Position numbers and translations under genes: made by a program | Virus record (IMG/VR): IMGVR_UViG_3300007508_000433 | Coordinates: 1 to 61,933 of that record | Reading direction: 5' to 3' (one strand) | Origin: a virus | Taxonomy: Duplodnaviria; Caudoviricetes | DNA length: 61,933 nucleotides | Part shown: positions 40,218 through 49,610 of the stretch, in pieces | Position numbering within the stretch: position 1 is the stretch's first letter | Layout of the letters: each line of letters begins with the position of its first letter | Notes under the pieces: generated by a model | Database searches by the model: none | What the model was told of the DNA's origin: nothing | Seen by the model: the letters and a program-made list of their open reading frames with translations, nothing else

Positions 40218-40230
40218 GGGTATAATGGAT
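40218..40230 (+). promoter_or_regulatory. -10 element GGGTATAATGGAT
   Basis: Identical to 22877; followed by AAGGAGG RBS. Confidence 0.55.
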
Positions 40231-40258
40231 GCCAAGAGAAGCCTAAGGAGGCATTGAC

Positions 40259-41284
40259 ATGACAGGTTGGGAATTTCCAACAGCAACAATTGAACTTGAT
40301 CAGCTTATGGGTGACCTTGGAAGCATTTCTAAGAACACTAAGCATCTTGAGTTTGAACTTGGCCGGTCTAAGTACCATGCCAAGACGAATACTATTACAA
40401 CACCAAATGATGAGAGCATTACGTTAACAGGCAGTAGTTTTACACAACTGTGCAATCTTATCGACGTTCCTGCTAGCTATGCGGGAAGGATGCCGGACAC
40501 TTTGACCGATTTTACAGTTAATTACTTACTGACAGAGGGGCCTAGGCGCCCATACAACGCACTTGTGGACGATAAGGGGGTCGCTAGGTCTCTTATGCGC
40601 CCAGATTTGCCATATGTGCCACATGATGCTCTCTTGGGGGCAATTGTGGACTCGTTTGATGGTGAAGCACCCTTTGTTCACCGTTGGGGAGTCAATGATG
40701 GCAAATTTAACATCCAATTGCGCTCCCCTGAGTTGACATTTGAAGATCCCGGCGGTTCTGTGCTGTTTGGTGGTGTATCTGCCACATATGATGACAGTTG
40801 GAAGACAGCGCCAGTGTTTAAGACGTTCCTAAACCGGCTGGTTTGCGATAATGGAGCATCTGTAAACATTGATGGACGTAAATTTAGAGTAAATGGCTAT
40901 AGTTCTGATGGAGTTCTTGCTCAGGCGAGCGAATTCTCGTCCTTGGCCCTAGATCAGGTCAAGCAGATGGTAGATGGACTCATGGCTATGCAGCAAGACA
41001 AGATTCGTAACGCTGAATCTGCTGTTCGCAATATGTGTGTTCAGTACAGGCTGCCTAATAAGATTAGGGACTTGCTGATACGCTACTTGACAGATGAAGG
41101 CTATTTGGCTACTGTCTCTGATGGTATACCGTCTACAATGTATGATATTGTTAACCTTTTCACATATGTTGGCACTCACGACTTTACAATTTCTGCAGAG
41201 TACCGTGATCTGCTGTGTGAGATTGGTGGCGGTGCAATGTTTGCCCACGATGCAACATGCGAGTCGTGCGGTAGTAGAGTCTAA
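40259..41284 (+). CDS. DUF932/DUF945-like protein
   Basis: QLC.L..VP..Y; RLVCDNG; T.YD.VN.FT motifs. Confidence 0.6.
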   Translation: MTGWEFPTATIELDQLMGDLGSISKNTKHLEFELGRSKYHAKTNTITTPNDESITLTGSSFTQLCNLIDVPASYAGRMPDTLTDFTVNYLLTEGPRRPYNALVDDKGVARSLMRPDLPYVPHDALLGAIVDSFDGEAPFVHRWGVNDGKFNIQLRSPELTFEDPGGSVLFGGVSATYDDSWKTAPVFKTFLNRLVCDNGASVNIDGRKFRVNGYSSDGVLAQASEFSSLALDQVKQMVDGLMAMQQDKIRNAESAVRNMCVQYRLPNKIRDLLIRYLTDEGYLATVSDGIPSTMYDIVNLFTYVGTHDFTISAEYRDLLCEIGGGAMFAHDATCESCGSRV

Positions 41285-41295
41285 TAAAAGGAGGC

Positions 41296-41329
41296 GCTGT
41301 GTGCTGGCCTGAACGAGTCAGCACACAGC
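41296..41329 (+). promoter_or_regulatory. 13-bp hairpin between SD and start codon
   Basis: GCTGTGTGCTGGC/GTCAGCACACAGC (one G-U pair). Confidence 0.6.
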
Positions 41330-41338
41330 AACGTTTTA

Positions 41339-41980
41339 ATGTCTGAGGAGATAGAAACTACTAGTAGCCAGCATACTATCGTTGATGAGTTAAACGATAT
41401 CGAAGAAGCCGGTCTGTTATCGGTTAAGGGCTACAAGGTGTCTGAGATAGCCACTGTGATGGACATCTCGCCACAGCGTGTAAGAAAACACGTTAATGAT
41501 TACAAGAGTCTTATCGACAAGAGGGCTCAAGATGATCCTTATTTTCTAGAGAAGGTGCAGTACAACACACTGCGTGCTCTAGAGGAGTTTGAACAGGTCT
41601 CTAAGGAGGCTTGGGAGACTGTGACCATAGCTACCGATCATGGTATGATCTCTGCGAGAGTTCAGGCATTAAAACTGGCTTCTGATGTTGCCTCTAAGAA
41701 GGCACAATTACATCATTTGCTTGGTGGGAACAACGCTGATGTAGAATATGTTGCAAGAATGCAGCGGGCGGAGTCTGTCAATCAGATTCTGTCTAAGATC
41801 TTGCGCGATACGGTGTCTCAATTCCCTGAGATAGCTTCTCAGGTGAGAGGTGAGCTTGCATTGGCCTTTGAGCTAATGGAGGCAAGCGAGGAGTTTGAAG
41901 ACGCTATGGATGATCCTAACACCATTGATGCTGATATAGTGGAAGATGATGAAGATGAGGAGGAACCGGAAGGCTTGTAG
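41339..41980 (+). CDS. Terminase small subunit-like HTH protein (putative)
   Basis: N-terminal HTH (GYKVSEIATVMDISPQRV), helical body, acidic tail; precedes large terminase. Confidence 0.55.
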   Translation: MSEEIETTSSQHTIVDELNDIEEAGLLSVKGYKVSEIATVMDISPQRVRKHVNDYKSLIDKRAQDDPYFLEKVQYNTLRALEEFEQVSKEAWETVTIATDHGMISARVQALKLASDVASKKAQLHHLLGGNNADVEYVARMQRAESVNQILSKILRDTVSQFPEIASQVRGELALAFELMEASEEFEDAMDDPNTIDADIVEDDEDEEEPEGL

Positions 41981-42071
41981 GGAACTACATGCGCCCTATA
42001 TAATGTCCTTTTTCTATTAAAGTCGTGGGGAAAGAAATCGACTCTATATAATGGTCAAAACCGGATAAAAG

Positions 42072-43802
42072 ATGAGTGAATTCTATGGTCTAAACGTTGA
42101 GTTTGATGATCTTGATAAACTTTTAAGCCATGAGGAACTTGACATGGAGCCTGTTCCTCTTGACGTATTTGTAAGTGATCGTAAATACCTTGGTCTACCG
42201 CCATTGTCTGACATCCAAACTGAGATTGTTAAGATGAGTACGCAGGTATTTAATGTGGAAACGTTGAAGAAGCTTCATGGCGATAAGGAAGGGCAGCGTA
42301 TATATGATACATACACTCAAAACGAGGTAATCTGCCAACTTGGCAAGGGTTCTGGCAAGGACCATTGTGCTAGGATAACAATGGCCTACACCATCTATCT
42401 TATGCATTGTCTACGAGATCCTCTTGGGTACTATGGTAAAGCAACTGGTGTGTATATTGATCTCCTGAACCTAGCTGTGAACGCACAGCAGGCTCAGAGG
42501 GTATTTTTTGAACCATTTAAGAACCTCCTTCTCTCGTCTCCGTGGTTCAACGAACAGGGCTTCGAACCAAGGGTATCAGAAATTTTCTTCTTTTCACGCC
42601 CCGTGCGCTGTTTTTCTGGTCACTCTGAGTCAGAGGGGTGGGAGGGGTATGAGGTAATGACTATCATCTTGGATGAGATCTCAGCCTTTAAGACAGACTC
42701 TGAGCTGAAAGGTGATGTCAGATCTAAGGGCTCTGCGTCTGCCATTTACAACATGAGTAAGTTGTCTGTGATGTCTCGCTTCCCTGAGGTCGGTAAAACT
42801 ATCCTGTTGTCCTTCCCCCGTTATCGAGGAGACTTTATTCAACAGAGGTATGATTCTTCTATAGCTTTAGATGAGCCTAAGACATGGGCTATCAAGGCTG
42901 CTACTTGGGAGGTTAATCCCACGATTGAGCGCGAGCAGTTGGAGTCAGAATATATCCGCAATCCAATTGAGGCTAGAGCAAGGTTTGAATGTGAGCCTCC
43001 ACATATGGAGGATGCATTCTTTAGGGATGCGGATTTGGTTAGGAATGCTTTCAACTTTGCTGAGGACCCCATAGAAGAAGATGGCTCATTCAAGTCTTGG
43101 TTTAATGGCAGTGATGATTTTACTAGGTTCATTCATGTCGATCTAGCTGTCAAGCGTGATCGTGCTGCATTGTCTATGGTGCACTGTCCCGGCATGAAGA
43201 GTATTAACACTGGCCTTGGAACTGAGCAACTTCCGGTGCTTAATGTAGACTTGGTTTATTCATGGCAAGCACAGCCGGGTGCAGAGATTAACTTTAGTCA
43301 GATCAGAGCGATGATAGTGGACTTGTGTAGGAGATTCTCTGTCGCCATTGTAAGCTTTGATCAATGGCAGTCGGTAGAGATGATTCAGTCCCTGCGCGCA
43401 ATGGGTATTAATGCAGACTTTCATAGCGTCAAAAAGACAGACTACGATACGCTGATGACGGCTATCTATGATAAGAGATTGCGGGGGTATTGGAATGAGA
43501 TCCTAGTTGAGGATGAACTATTGAAGCTTAAACTGCTCCGTGGTAACAAGATTGATCACCCTTCATCTGGTTCTAAAGATCTTGCTGATGCTGTTGCCGG
43601 GGCCGTGTTTCAGTCTGTGCAACACATGCAGATAGATCAAGAGGTTGAGATTGAGTTTGAGACATTCTCTCATGAGCTGTACGAAGATGAAGAAGATTCT
43701 GCGGAACATAGGGTTAAGAAGAACCTAACCGAGGATAGAAGCGAGTCTGAGATAGACGCTGGGATGCCAGATGAGATCCAATCTTGGCTTGACCTTGTTT
43801 AA
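42072..43802 (+). CDS. terL: Terminase large subunit
   Basis: LGKGSGKD; ILDE; HVDLA; SFDQWQS; IDHP..GSKDLADA. Confidence 0.88.
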   Translation: MSEFYGLNVEFDDLDKLLSHEELDMEPVPLDVFVSDRKYLGLPPLSDIQTEIVKMSTQVFNVETLKKLHGDKEGQRIYDTYTQNEVICQLGKGSGKDHCARITMAYTIYLMHCLRDPLGYYGKATGVYIDLLNLAVNAQQAQRVFFEPFKNLLLSSPWFNEQGFEPRVSEIFFFSRPVRCFSGHSESEGWEGYEVMTIILDEISAFKTDSELKGDVRSKGSASAIYNMSKLSVMSRFPEVGKTILLSFPRYRGDFIQQRYDSSIALDEPKTWAIKAATWEVNPTIEREQLESEYIRNPIEARARFECEPPHMEDAFFRDADLVRNAFNFAEDPIEEDGSFKSWFNGSDDFTRFIHVDLAVKRDRAALSMVHCPGMKSINTGLGTEQLPVLNVDLVYSWQAQPGAEINFSQIRAMIVDLCRRFSVAIVSFDQWQSVEMIQSLRAMGINADFHSVKKTDYDTLMTAIYDKRLRGYWNEILVEDELLKLKLLRGNKIDHPSSGSKDLADAVAGAVFQSVQHMQIDQEVEIEFETFSHELYEDEEDSAEHRVKKNLTEDRSESEIDAGMPDEIQSWLDLV

Positions 43803-44063
43803 CGTACTAAAAATTCACTCAATTTGTTAACGATTTAGCTGGCCGTTTGTGGCCGAGAGTCTCTTGTGATACTTTGGTCGAGAGTATTTATCGACTGTAT
43901 GTTTGCCGATGTGTTTGGAGGATCAGCGACTGCCTCCTTGCCTGATACGTTAACGGCCAAAAAACATACCGTATAAGAGGTTAGGGTCCACTTTGGTGGC
44001 TTCTCACCCCGCTATACTGGGGCGTGCCACTACCGGCATACCTATTTACAGGAGATAATAAAA

Positions 44064-44375
44064 ATGGTTAGTATCAGTAAGATTGATGATTTTCCTGCAG
44101 TAACCCGTGCGGGTCGCAGTACGGAAGAGGTGGTTATGGTTAGAGATGCTTTGAAGGAATCTCTTGAGAATGATCATAGCCCATTCGAGCTTAAGGGTGT
44201 TACTAAGGATGCTTATGGCTCATGGCAGCAGCGGATTCGCACTCAGGCTTACAAGCTTGGTGTAAATGTAGAGATTCGCTTTAGTGCTGACGAAGAGACA
44301 TTGGCTTTCCGCACTAAGGAGCTGAAGGCAAAGGATGAGGCTTCTGGTAAGGCTTCTGGTAAGGCTTCAAAGTAG
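44064..44375 (+). CDS. Hypothetical (possibly DNA-binding) protein with C-terminal ASGK repeats
   Basis: AGGAG RBS; upstream TATACT; own terminator. Confidence 0.65.
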   Translation: MVSISKIDDFPAVTRAGRSTEEVVMVRDALKESLENDHSPFELKGVTKDAYGSWQQRIRTQAYKLGVNVEIRFSADEETLAFRTKELKAKDEASGKASGKASK

Positions 44376-44402
44376 CATTACTTACCTCGTCTGTTAGAGA
44401 CC

Positions 44403-44439
44403 AAAAACCCCCGTGGCTTAAACGCTGCGGGGGTTTTTT
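44403..44439 (+). terminator. Rho-independent terminator (possibly bidirectional)
   Basis: AAAAACCCCCGTGGC-TTAAAC-GCTGCGGGGGTTTTTT. Confidence 0.85.
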
Positions 44440-44916
44440 GTTCTCTATTTTTATGCCGGGTTAAGAGTATCTATTGTGGACCCATATAAGGGGTATATAA
44501 AGCCCCTATATAAAGGGCGCACACTGCTCAGAGCTATCCTATCACTAAAAGTTGTTGATGCTTCTAACGTGTAATGATAATGATTCCATGTCAAAAATGT
44601 ATACTCAACTTGATGAAAGGGTAAGACTAATGGCCCGGTTGCTCTTATTATTAAGCCTTCTCCGTAGGGAAATATATACTCAATATAAGTATTGCCTATA
44701 ACATATTGCCGTGTTGCTCCCTTATTTTACTTTTATCTTTTGACTCCACTCAAGGAAGATATGTTTACTCAAATCACAACAGAGAGACATCAAGTCCGGC
44801 GCCCGCCATTATTTTTAACTTATACCCCTATGTCGGCACTGAGCAAATATGTCAACGCCCAGGACCAGGAATCTGCCATTACTTTTATCCTTTCACGTAT
44901 TGGCCGAACATTTGCA

Positions 44917-44968
44917 GCCAACTTCTGGCGCCAACTTCTGGCGCCAACTTCTGGCGTTCACTTCTGGC
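44917..44968. repeat. Tandem 13-bp repeat GCCAACTTCTGGC x3 plus one degenerate copy
   Basis: Read directly; no spacers. Confidence 0.9.
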
Positions 44969-45117
44969 CTCGGCTGCTAGCTGCGGGAATGGGTGCAATG
45001 GTTATCGTTAGCAGTTGCAGCAAGCCGTTGTCGTTGACCGTTGTCGCTAACCGTTGTGGCCAGCACAAACTCTCTCAAACTTCTCTCGACAGATTCTAAT
45101 GATCGAACTCGAAATAC

Positions 45118-45146
45118 TTGACTCGACCGCTCAAATATGATAGTCT
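45118..45146 (+). promoter_or_regulatory. Sigma-A-type early promoter
   Basis: TTGACT-17 nt-TAGTCT with TGn, heading the small-gene region. Confidence 0.65.
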
Positions 45147-45193
45147 CTCCTTTATCGGTAGTCGAAAGCTTTAGCAGAAAGGGAGAAGAAATA

Positions 45194-45631
45194 ATGACAA
45201 CCGAAGCAGATAACTATAAGTTTAATAATAAAGTATCAAAGGCAAACTTTGATGCTGTTTCTTCGCGTGCTATTACTGATAAGCGTAATCGTGTAAGGGC
45301 GCGTAAACTTATCGGTAAGATTATTCGTAAAAATGGTACTGATTATGGCCGCATTGTTGCCATCCACACTTTGGATAAAGATGGCGACAAGAGGCTAATA
45401 GTTATTACTGATAAGGACATCAAGATTGACGCTTTGTCTATCTTTAGGGTCCTAGATAGCGATAAGACTAGCGGCTTTATGTACCCTGATGGTACGGCGT
45501 ATTCTAAGAGAATAATGCGTGCGCCTAAAAGCAGGGGTGGTGGTCATGCAGTAACTGGTCGGCGTGAGATTGATGATAGGTCGGCACGTTACTATGAAAA
45601 TAACTACAAGGATGGAGGTCAGCCCAAATGA
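45194..45631 (+). CDS. Hypothetical basic protein
   Basis: GGGAG RBS. Confidence 0.65.
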   Translation: MTTEADNYKFNNKVSKANFDAVSSRAITDKRNRVRARKLIGKIIRKNGTDYGRIVAIHTLDKDGDKRLIVITDKDIKIDALSIFRVLDSDKTSGFMYPDGTAYSKRIMRAPKSRGGGHAVTGRREIDDRSARYYENNYKDGGQPK

Positions 45632-45999
45632 CTATATTTGGTGACATTATTGATGTTGACGACATCGTAGCTTCTATAGATGACTGTGATAATGAGGTTA
45701 TCTGTGACGACAACGGTTCATTTGGTGATATAATCGACATCCATCAAATGGTGACTTATCGTGGCAGTAAGTGCAAGCGCAGCGGTAAGAACCGGGGTAG
45801 AGTGTATTCCCTGCTTGAGAGAGAACAGGCTGAGCATATCTTTAATCGTTTTCGTAGCGATGAAGATAAGACTGAGTTTGAGATTTCTGATGATCTTCGT
45901 GATACGATTGATAAGTGCAATGCTGTTTCTGACGCTGAATGGGCGGATGAACAACGACGTTTGATGAATCGCATCGAGCGTAACAAATACTACGCATAA
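45628..45999 (+). CDS. Hypothetical protein (duplicated FGDIID motif)
   Basis: GGAGG RBS; ATGA overlap. Confidence 0.6.
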   Translation: MTIFGDIIDVDDIVASIDDCDNEVICDDNGSFGDIIDIHQMVTYRGSKCKRSGKNRGRVYSLLEREQAEHIFNRFRSDEDKTEFEISDDLRDTIDKCNAVSDAEWADEQRRLMNRIERNKYYA

Positions 46000-46010
46000 A
46001 GGAAAATACT

Positions 46011-46355
46011 ATGTATGATTCAATATATATTGGAGACACCGCTCCTTTCGGTGAAAGCTGTGTCCAGGTTGGTAATGCTAACTATGCCAGACTTGCTAGT
46101 GCAGAAGCTCATATGTTTATTGAGCAGATCATTGAACATTATGGTGAAGAACCAGGGTCGGGTCATTTGCATATAGTAGGCACTCCCCATGACTTTGGCT
46201 CGTATCTTTCAGTTGAGTACAAGTTTCGTAGCGATGATGATGAGGCTATGGAATATGGATTCGATGTCGAGGGTGATGTAAAGAATGCCCTAGAGTACTG
46301 GGATGAAGATAAAAAGTCAGCAGCTAGTAAGATCATCAATGGGGAGATGGCATGA
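46011..46355 (+). CDS. Conserved phage hypothetical protein
   Basis: P..E.C.QVG...Y and HDFG.Y.SV motifs. Confidence 0.65.
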   Translation: MYDSIYIGDTAPFGESCVQVGNANYARLASAEAHMFIEQIIEHYGEEPGSGHLHIVGTPHDFGSYLSVEYKFRSDDDEAMEYGFDVEGDVKNALEYWDEDKKSAASKIINGEMA

Positions 46356-46435
46356 GCACCAAGCGCAAGACTAATCGAAACAAGAGGGTTCGGCGTAACA
46401 GCAGGTACACGCCTAAAGGGGTTTCTAATGGCTGA
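46352..46435 (+). CDS. Highly basic micropeptide (27 aa)
   Basis: MSTKRKTNRNKRVRRNSRYTPKGVSNG; GGGGAG RBS; ATGA coupling. Confidence 0.4.
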   Translation: MSTKRKTNRNKRVRRNSRYTPKGVSNG

Positions 46436-46613
46436 GATCGGTTTCGATGAACAGATTGCCATATCTGTTAATTACATTGTTGAGGGCGGCGATAGATATC
46501 ACAGCCCTTCATTTAAATCAGAGCTTCGTCATTTACGTTCAATATTGAAGACTGTTCTGATATACGAAGTAGAGAGAGCAGCAGACTTGAAAAGAGGAGA
46601 GTCAAATGGCTAA
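46428..46613 (+). CDS. Hypothetical protein
   Basis: Coupled ORF. Confidence 0.5.
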   Translation: MAEIGFDEQIAISVNYIVEGGDRYHSPSFKSELRHLRSILKTVLIYEVERAADLKRGESNG

Positions 46614-47157
46614 CACTATAATACTAAGCGATATGCAAGCGAATGTCTATGATGGCGAAGTTGTGTATACGTCGCAGGACCAGAGTGTTTTCTTAAATGA
46701 GGAGCAGCGTTTTGTTTCTCTGGTAATACAATCCATAAGGGATGGCAATATGGTTGACGAGAGTCGGCCGGAATGTTGTGTTGCTGTCATTGATAATACA
46801 GTCATACCGCTAAAGCCTGCAATATGCGAAAGGTGCCGTGGTAAGGGCACTCATGCAAATCCTGTTTTTGATGGAACTTCTGCTGAATGGTGGGAGGAGA
46901 GGTATGGTGCAGATGTTTATGATGAGCTTGATGAGTATATGCACGGCTCCGCTTATGATGTTAGTTGTGAGTATTCTTGCAATGGTGGCTGGTTCTGGAG
47001 TGTCGATTGGTCACACTTTGTTAATAGTGCTGATTACGGCATCGGTGCTGAACTTGAGCAAGAGATAAACGATCAGGCAAAGAGTTTGAAGTCCATGATA
47101 GATGACTACTATTCCAGCGAGGCAGAGCGTCGCATGGAAGAAAGGTACGGTTGCTAA
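46606..47157 (+). CDS. Hypothetical protein with CxxCxGxG Zn motif
   Basis: CERCRGKG..NP; YDV.C..CNG; E..ME..YG. Confidence 0.65.
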   Translation: MANTIILSDMQANVYDGEVVYTSQDQSVFLNEEQRFVSLVIQSIRDGNMVDESRPECCVAVIDNTVIPLKPAICERCRGKGTHANPVFDGTSAEWWEERYGADVYDELDEYMHGSAYDVSCEYSCNGGWFWSVDWSHFVNSADYGIGAELEQEINDQAKSLKSMIDDYYSSEAERRMEERYGC

Positions 47158-47158
47158 T

Positions 47159-47332
47159 ATGAGTTGGTCACAAAAGGTGATAGTCCAGGATATCGTTTTT
47201 AATGATTCTGGGTCTGCGTTTTACCTGTATCATTGCATTGATTGTAATGAGCGTAGGCATACTAAGCTTGATGTTTATCCTCGTTGTGCTCCTTGCCATG
47301 AAGTCCACAACAACACAATAAGGGAGAAGTAA
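47159..47332 (+). CDS. Small Zn-ribbon protein
   Basis: CIDC..CAPC. Confidence 0.5.
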   Translation: MSWSQKVIVQDIVFNDSGSAFYLYHCIDCNERRHTKLDVYPRCAPCHEVHNNTIREK

Positions 47333-47556
47333 TGACAGCACTATTGACATTCAATGAGTTTGCTGAAGGTGTTTCAAAGCAGACTTTTGACTTTGGTTAC
47401 GATGTGAGCGATTGGCGTCAAGGCCAATATTTTTTCAACGTTCTTTGCTCGTTGAACAATGATGTAGCAGAGAAGTTGCGTGGAGCAGGACTCGATCCTT
47501 TTCATAGGGATAAAGTTTCAATGGAAACATGGCAGTTCGTAGAAACGAACTGGTAA
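47332..47556 (+). CDS. Conserved phage hypothetical protein
   Basis: WR.GQ..FN.L...A..LRG..LDPF motif. Confidence 0.65.
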   Translation: MTALLTFNEFAEGVSKQTFDFGYDVSDWRQGQYFFNVLCSLNNDVAEKLRGAGLDPFHRDKVSMETWQFVETNW

Positions 47557-47578
47557 TCTAGACAAAGGACTGATAGAT

Positions 47579-47848
47579 ATGAATAACGAAGCCATTAGGG
47601 TTTGTGCTGAGATAGCATATTCTACTGAGAGTGGCGCTGTCCATTCCGACGTTTGTCCACCCGGACATTTGTTTGAGAATATCGACAGCGAGGAGCGTAA
47701 GCTGTTGCATCAGTTTTTGGATGAATGGCTGAACGAATCTGGCGGCACTGGTTGTTTCTTTGTGGGTGATAGTGACTACTATCGCTTTATTCCTGATCAG
47801 AGCATTATTCCTGCGTTGGCGAAACTAATAGATCGGAGTAGATGGTGA
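47579..47848 (+). CDS. Hypothetical protein
   Basis: ORF with RBS. Confidence 0.55.
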   Translation: MNNEAIRVCAEIAYSTESGAVHSDVCPPGHLFENIDSEERKLLHQFLDEWLNESGGTGCFFVGDSDYYRFIPDQSIIPALAKLIDRSRW

Positions 47849-49389
47849 GTTATATTAAGATAACTAACACTACATCAAGCGTGCCCAGATTGTATCTGGA
47901 GATTCTTGGTGTATCGACCAAGCGTGACAGCGACATTACTATCGGCCAGTTTGGTTCTGGTACAAAGTTTGCTCCTATTTACGCTTTGCGTGAGGGGTTG
48001 GAGTGGATTAATACTGGCTTTGATAGTCATGGTGGTTACACTATGTCGTATCAGGTTTCTGATGATAATGATGAAGGCCTGGATCTGGTCGAGTTTGTCT
48101 ATGAAGATATGGACGGACATATAACAAAAAAGCCTTCATCTTATTCTTTGGGTGCTGGCGAACTTGGATGGAATCATCCCTTCCAGATATTCCGTGAGGC
48201 TTTTGCTAACGCTCTGGATGCTCACTATGAGTTTGACGAAGGCTATTCTATTGACAGGGTTGATGAGATTGAACCTCCTGTTGAGGGTGAGTTTTCTGTT
48301 TACCTTACTGCTTCTGATGGTCTTATTGAAGTTGTTGATAACTTTGATAAGTATTTCTCCTTGGAGCGCACTCCTCTCTTTGAGGATAGCAGGGGGAACA
48401 AGGTTTATGAAAAGCTAATGTCTGTGCCTTATGATGGTGTTAGAATCTACCATAAGGGTGTTCTTGTTTATGGTGGAGAGCTTGAGCATGACGATACCCC
48501 TTCATTGTTTGATTATGATTTGAAGGAAGTTAGCCTTAATGAGGAGCGTCGTTTGAGTGATGTTTCTGCTAACGAGATATATACCATTGCTAAGATTATC
48601 GGTGAGAATGAGCATTACACTAACAGCACTGGAATAAGGCCGGTTGTTGATAGTATCATTGACAACTGCAATGAAAGTGAGAGCGGTAAGCCTGACGGCG
48701 TGTGGGAGTACAACTTTTCTTACGCTTTCAGGATGCAGCATTGGTATGATGTTCAGCCTCAAGATAGCGATTCATTCGGTAATCAGTTTGTGGCTGCGAT
48801 GACAGCCAAGTATTGTGATGAGACATATAGCGATATTGCATTTGTTAGCGATAGAGCTGCGGCATTCTATGAGATTGAGATTAATTTGAATGAGCGTGGG
48901 CGTAAAGCTATACCAGTTTCTGACTCTATGTATGAACTTCTAAACACTACTGGTGCTAAGGAGTGGATGGATAAAAACATACTTGGCGAAGAGTATGACA
49001 CTCCCTTTGTTGAGTTGGATGGTATTGATCTTGAGGTGTTTAACTTTGCATATGAGAGTGTCGCTGAATATGACACTGACATATTGAACATCCCCGTAAA
49101 GATTATGCAAAGCACAGCTTACAATACCGGTATTCAGGGTAAGGCTATGAATGTGCATGACGACAGCAAAAGAACTGTTATTGCTTTGAGTCAGGCATTG
49201 ATTGAAGGTCGGAATATGCAGCAAATTATTGCTACTATGCTACATGAACTTGATCATGCTGTTACTGGTGCTGCAGATAACACTAGGGCTTTCCGCGACG
49301 CTGCAGATAATCGCCTAGGTGATCTAATCATCAGGCACTACTGTAGCAAGGTGGATTTGGCTAAACTAGTTAACAAGACGGAGGTGTAA
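47842..49389 (+). CDS. GHKL-like ATPase fused to C-terminal HExxH metallopeptidase-like domain
   Basis: G.STKR..IGQFGSGTK; REAFANALD; LHELDH. Confidence 0.65.
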   Translation: MVSYIKITNTTSSVPRLYLEILGVSTKRDSDITIGQFGSGTKFAPIYALREGLEWINTGFDSHGGYTMSYQVSDDNDEGLDLVEFVYEDMDGHITKKPSSYSLGAGELGWNHPFQIFREAFANALDAHYEFDEGYSIDRVDEIEPPVEGEFSVYLTASDGLIEVVDNFDKYFSLERTPLFEDSRGNKVYEKLMSVPYDGVRIYHKGVLVYGGELEHDDTPSLFDYDLKEVSLNEERRLSDVSANEIYTIAKIIGENEHYTNSTGIRPVVDSIIDNCNESESGKPDGVWEYNFSYAFRMQHWYDVQPQDSDSFGNQFVAAMTAKYCDETYSDIAFVSDRAAAFYEIEINLNERGRKAIPVSDSMYELLNTTGAKEWMDKNILGEEYDTPFVELDGIDLEVFNFAYESVAEYDTDILNIPVKIMQSTAYNTGIQGKAMNVHDDSKRTVIALSQALIEGRNMQQIIATMLHELDHAVTGAADNTRAFRDAADNRLGDLIIRHYCSKVDLAKLVNKTEV

Positions 49390-49394
49390 CTGCT

Positions 49395-49610
49395 ATGACA
49401 GATATGTCGTTTCAAGCAACGTATATTGTTTCTGATGAAATTGTTGATCAGATACGCTTATCGTTAGAGCACATATGGTGGGCTGCTCCAGAAGATATCC
49501 CTGAGGATAATGAGAAGGCCGTACAGTTCTGGGTTGATGTGGTCTTGGATTCAACTATTGACAATGAACATGAAGTCCTACTAGATATGGATGAGGTGGA
49601 CTATGAATGA
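49395..49610 (+). CDS. Acidic hypothetical protein
   Basis: GGAGG RBS. Confidence 0.55.
   Translation: MTDMSFQATYIVSDEIVDQIRLSLEHIWWAAPEDIPEDNEKAVQFWVDVVLDSTIDNEHEVLLDMDEVDYE

Noticed and set aside
44917-44968. CRISPR or mini-array
   Set aside because: 13-bp head-to-tail repeats with no spacers
44692-45099. 135-aa and 101-aa ORFs in the non-coding region
   Set aside because: No RBS, poor start codons, atypical composition, and they run through tandem repeats
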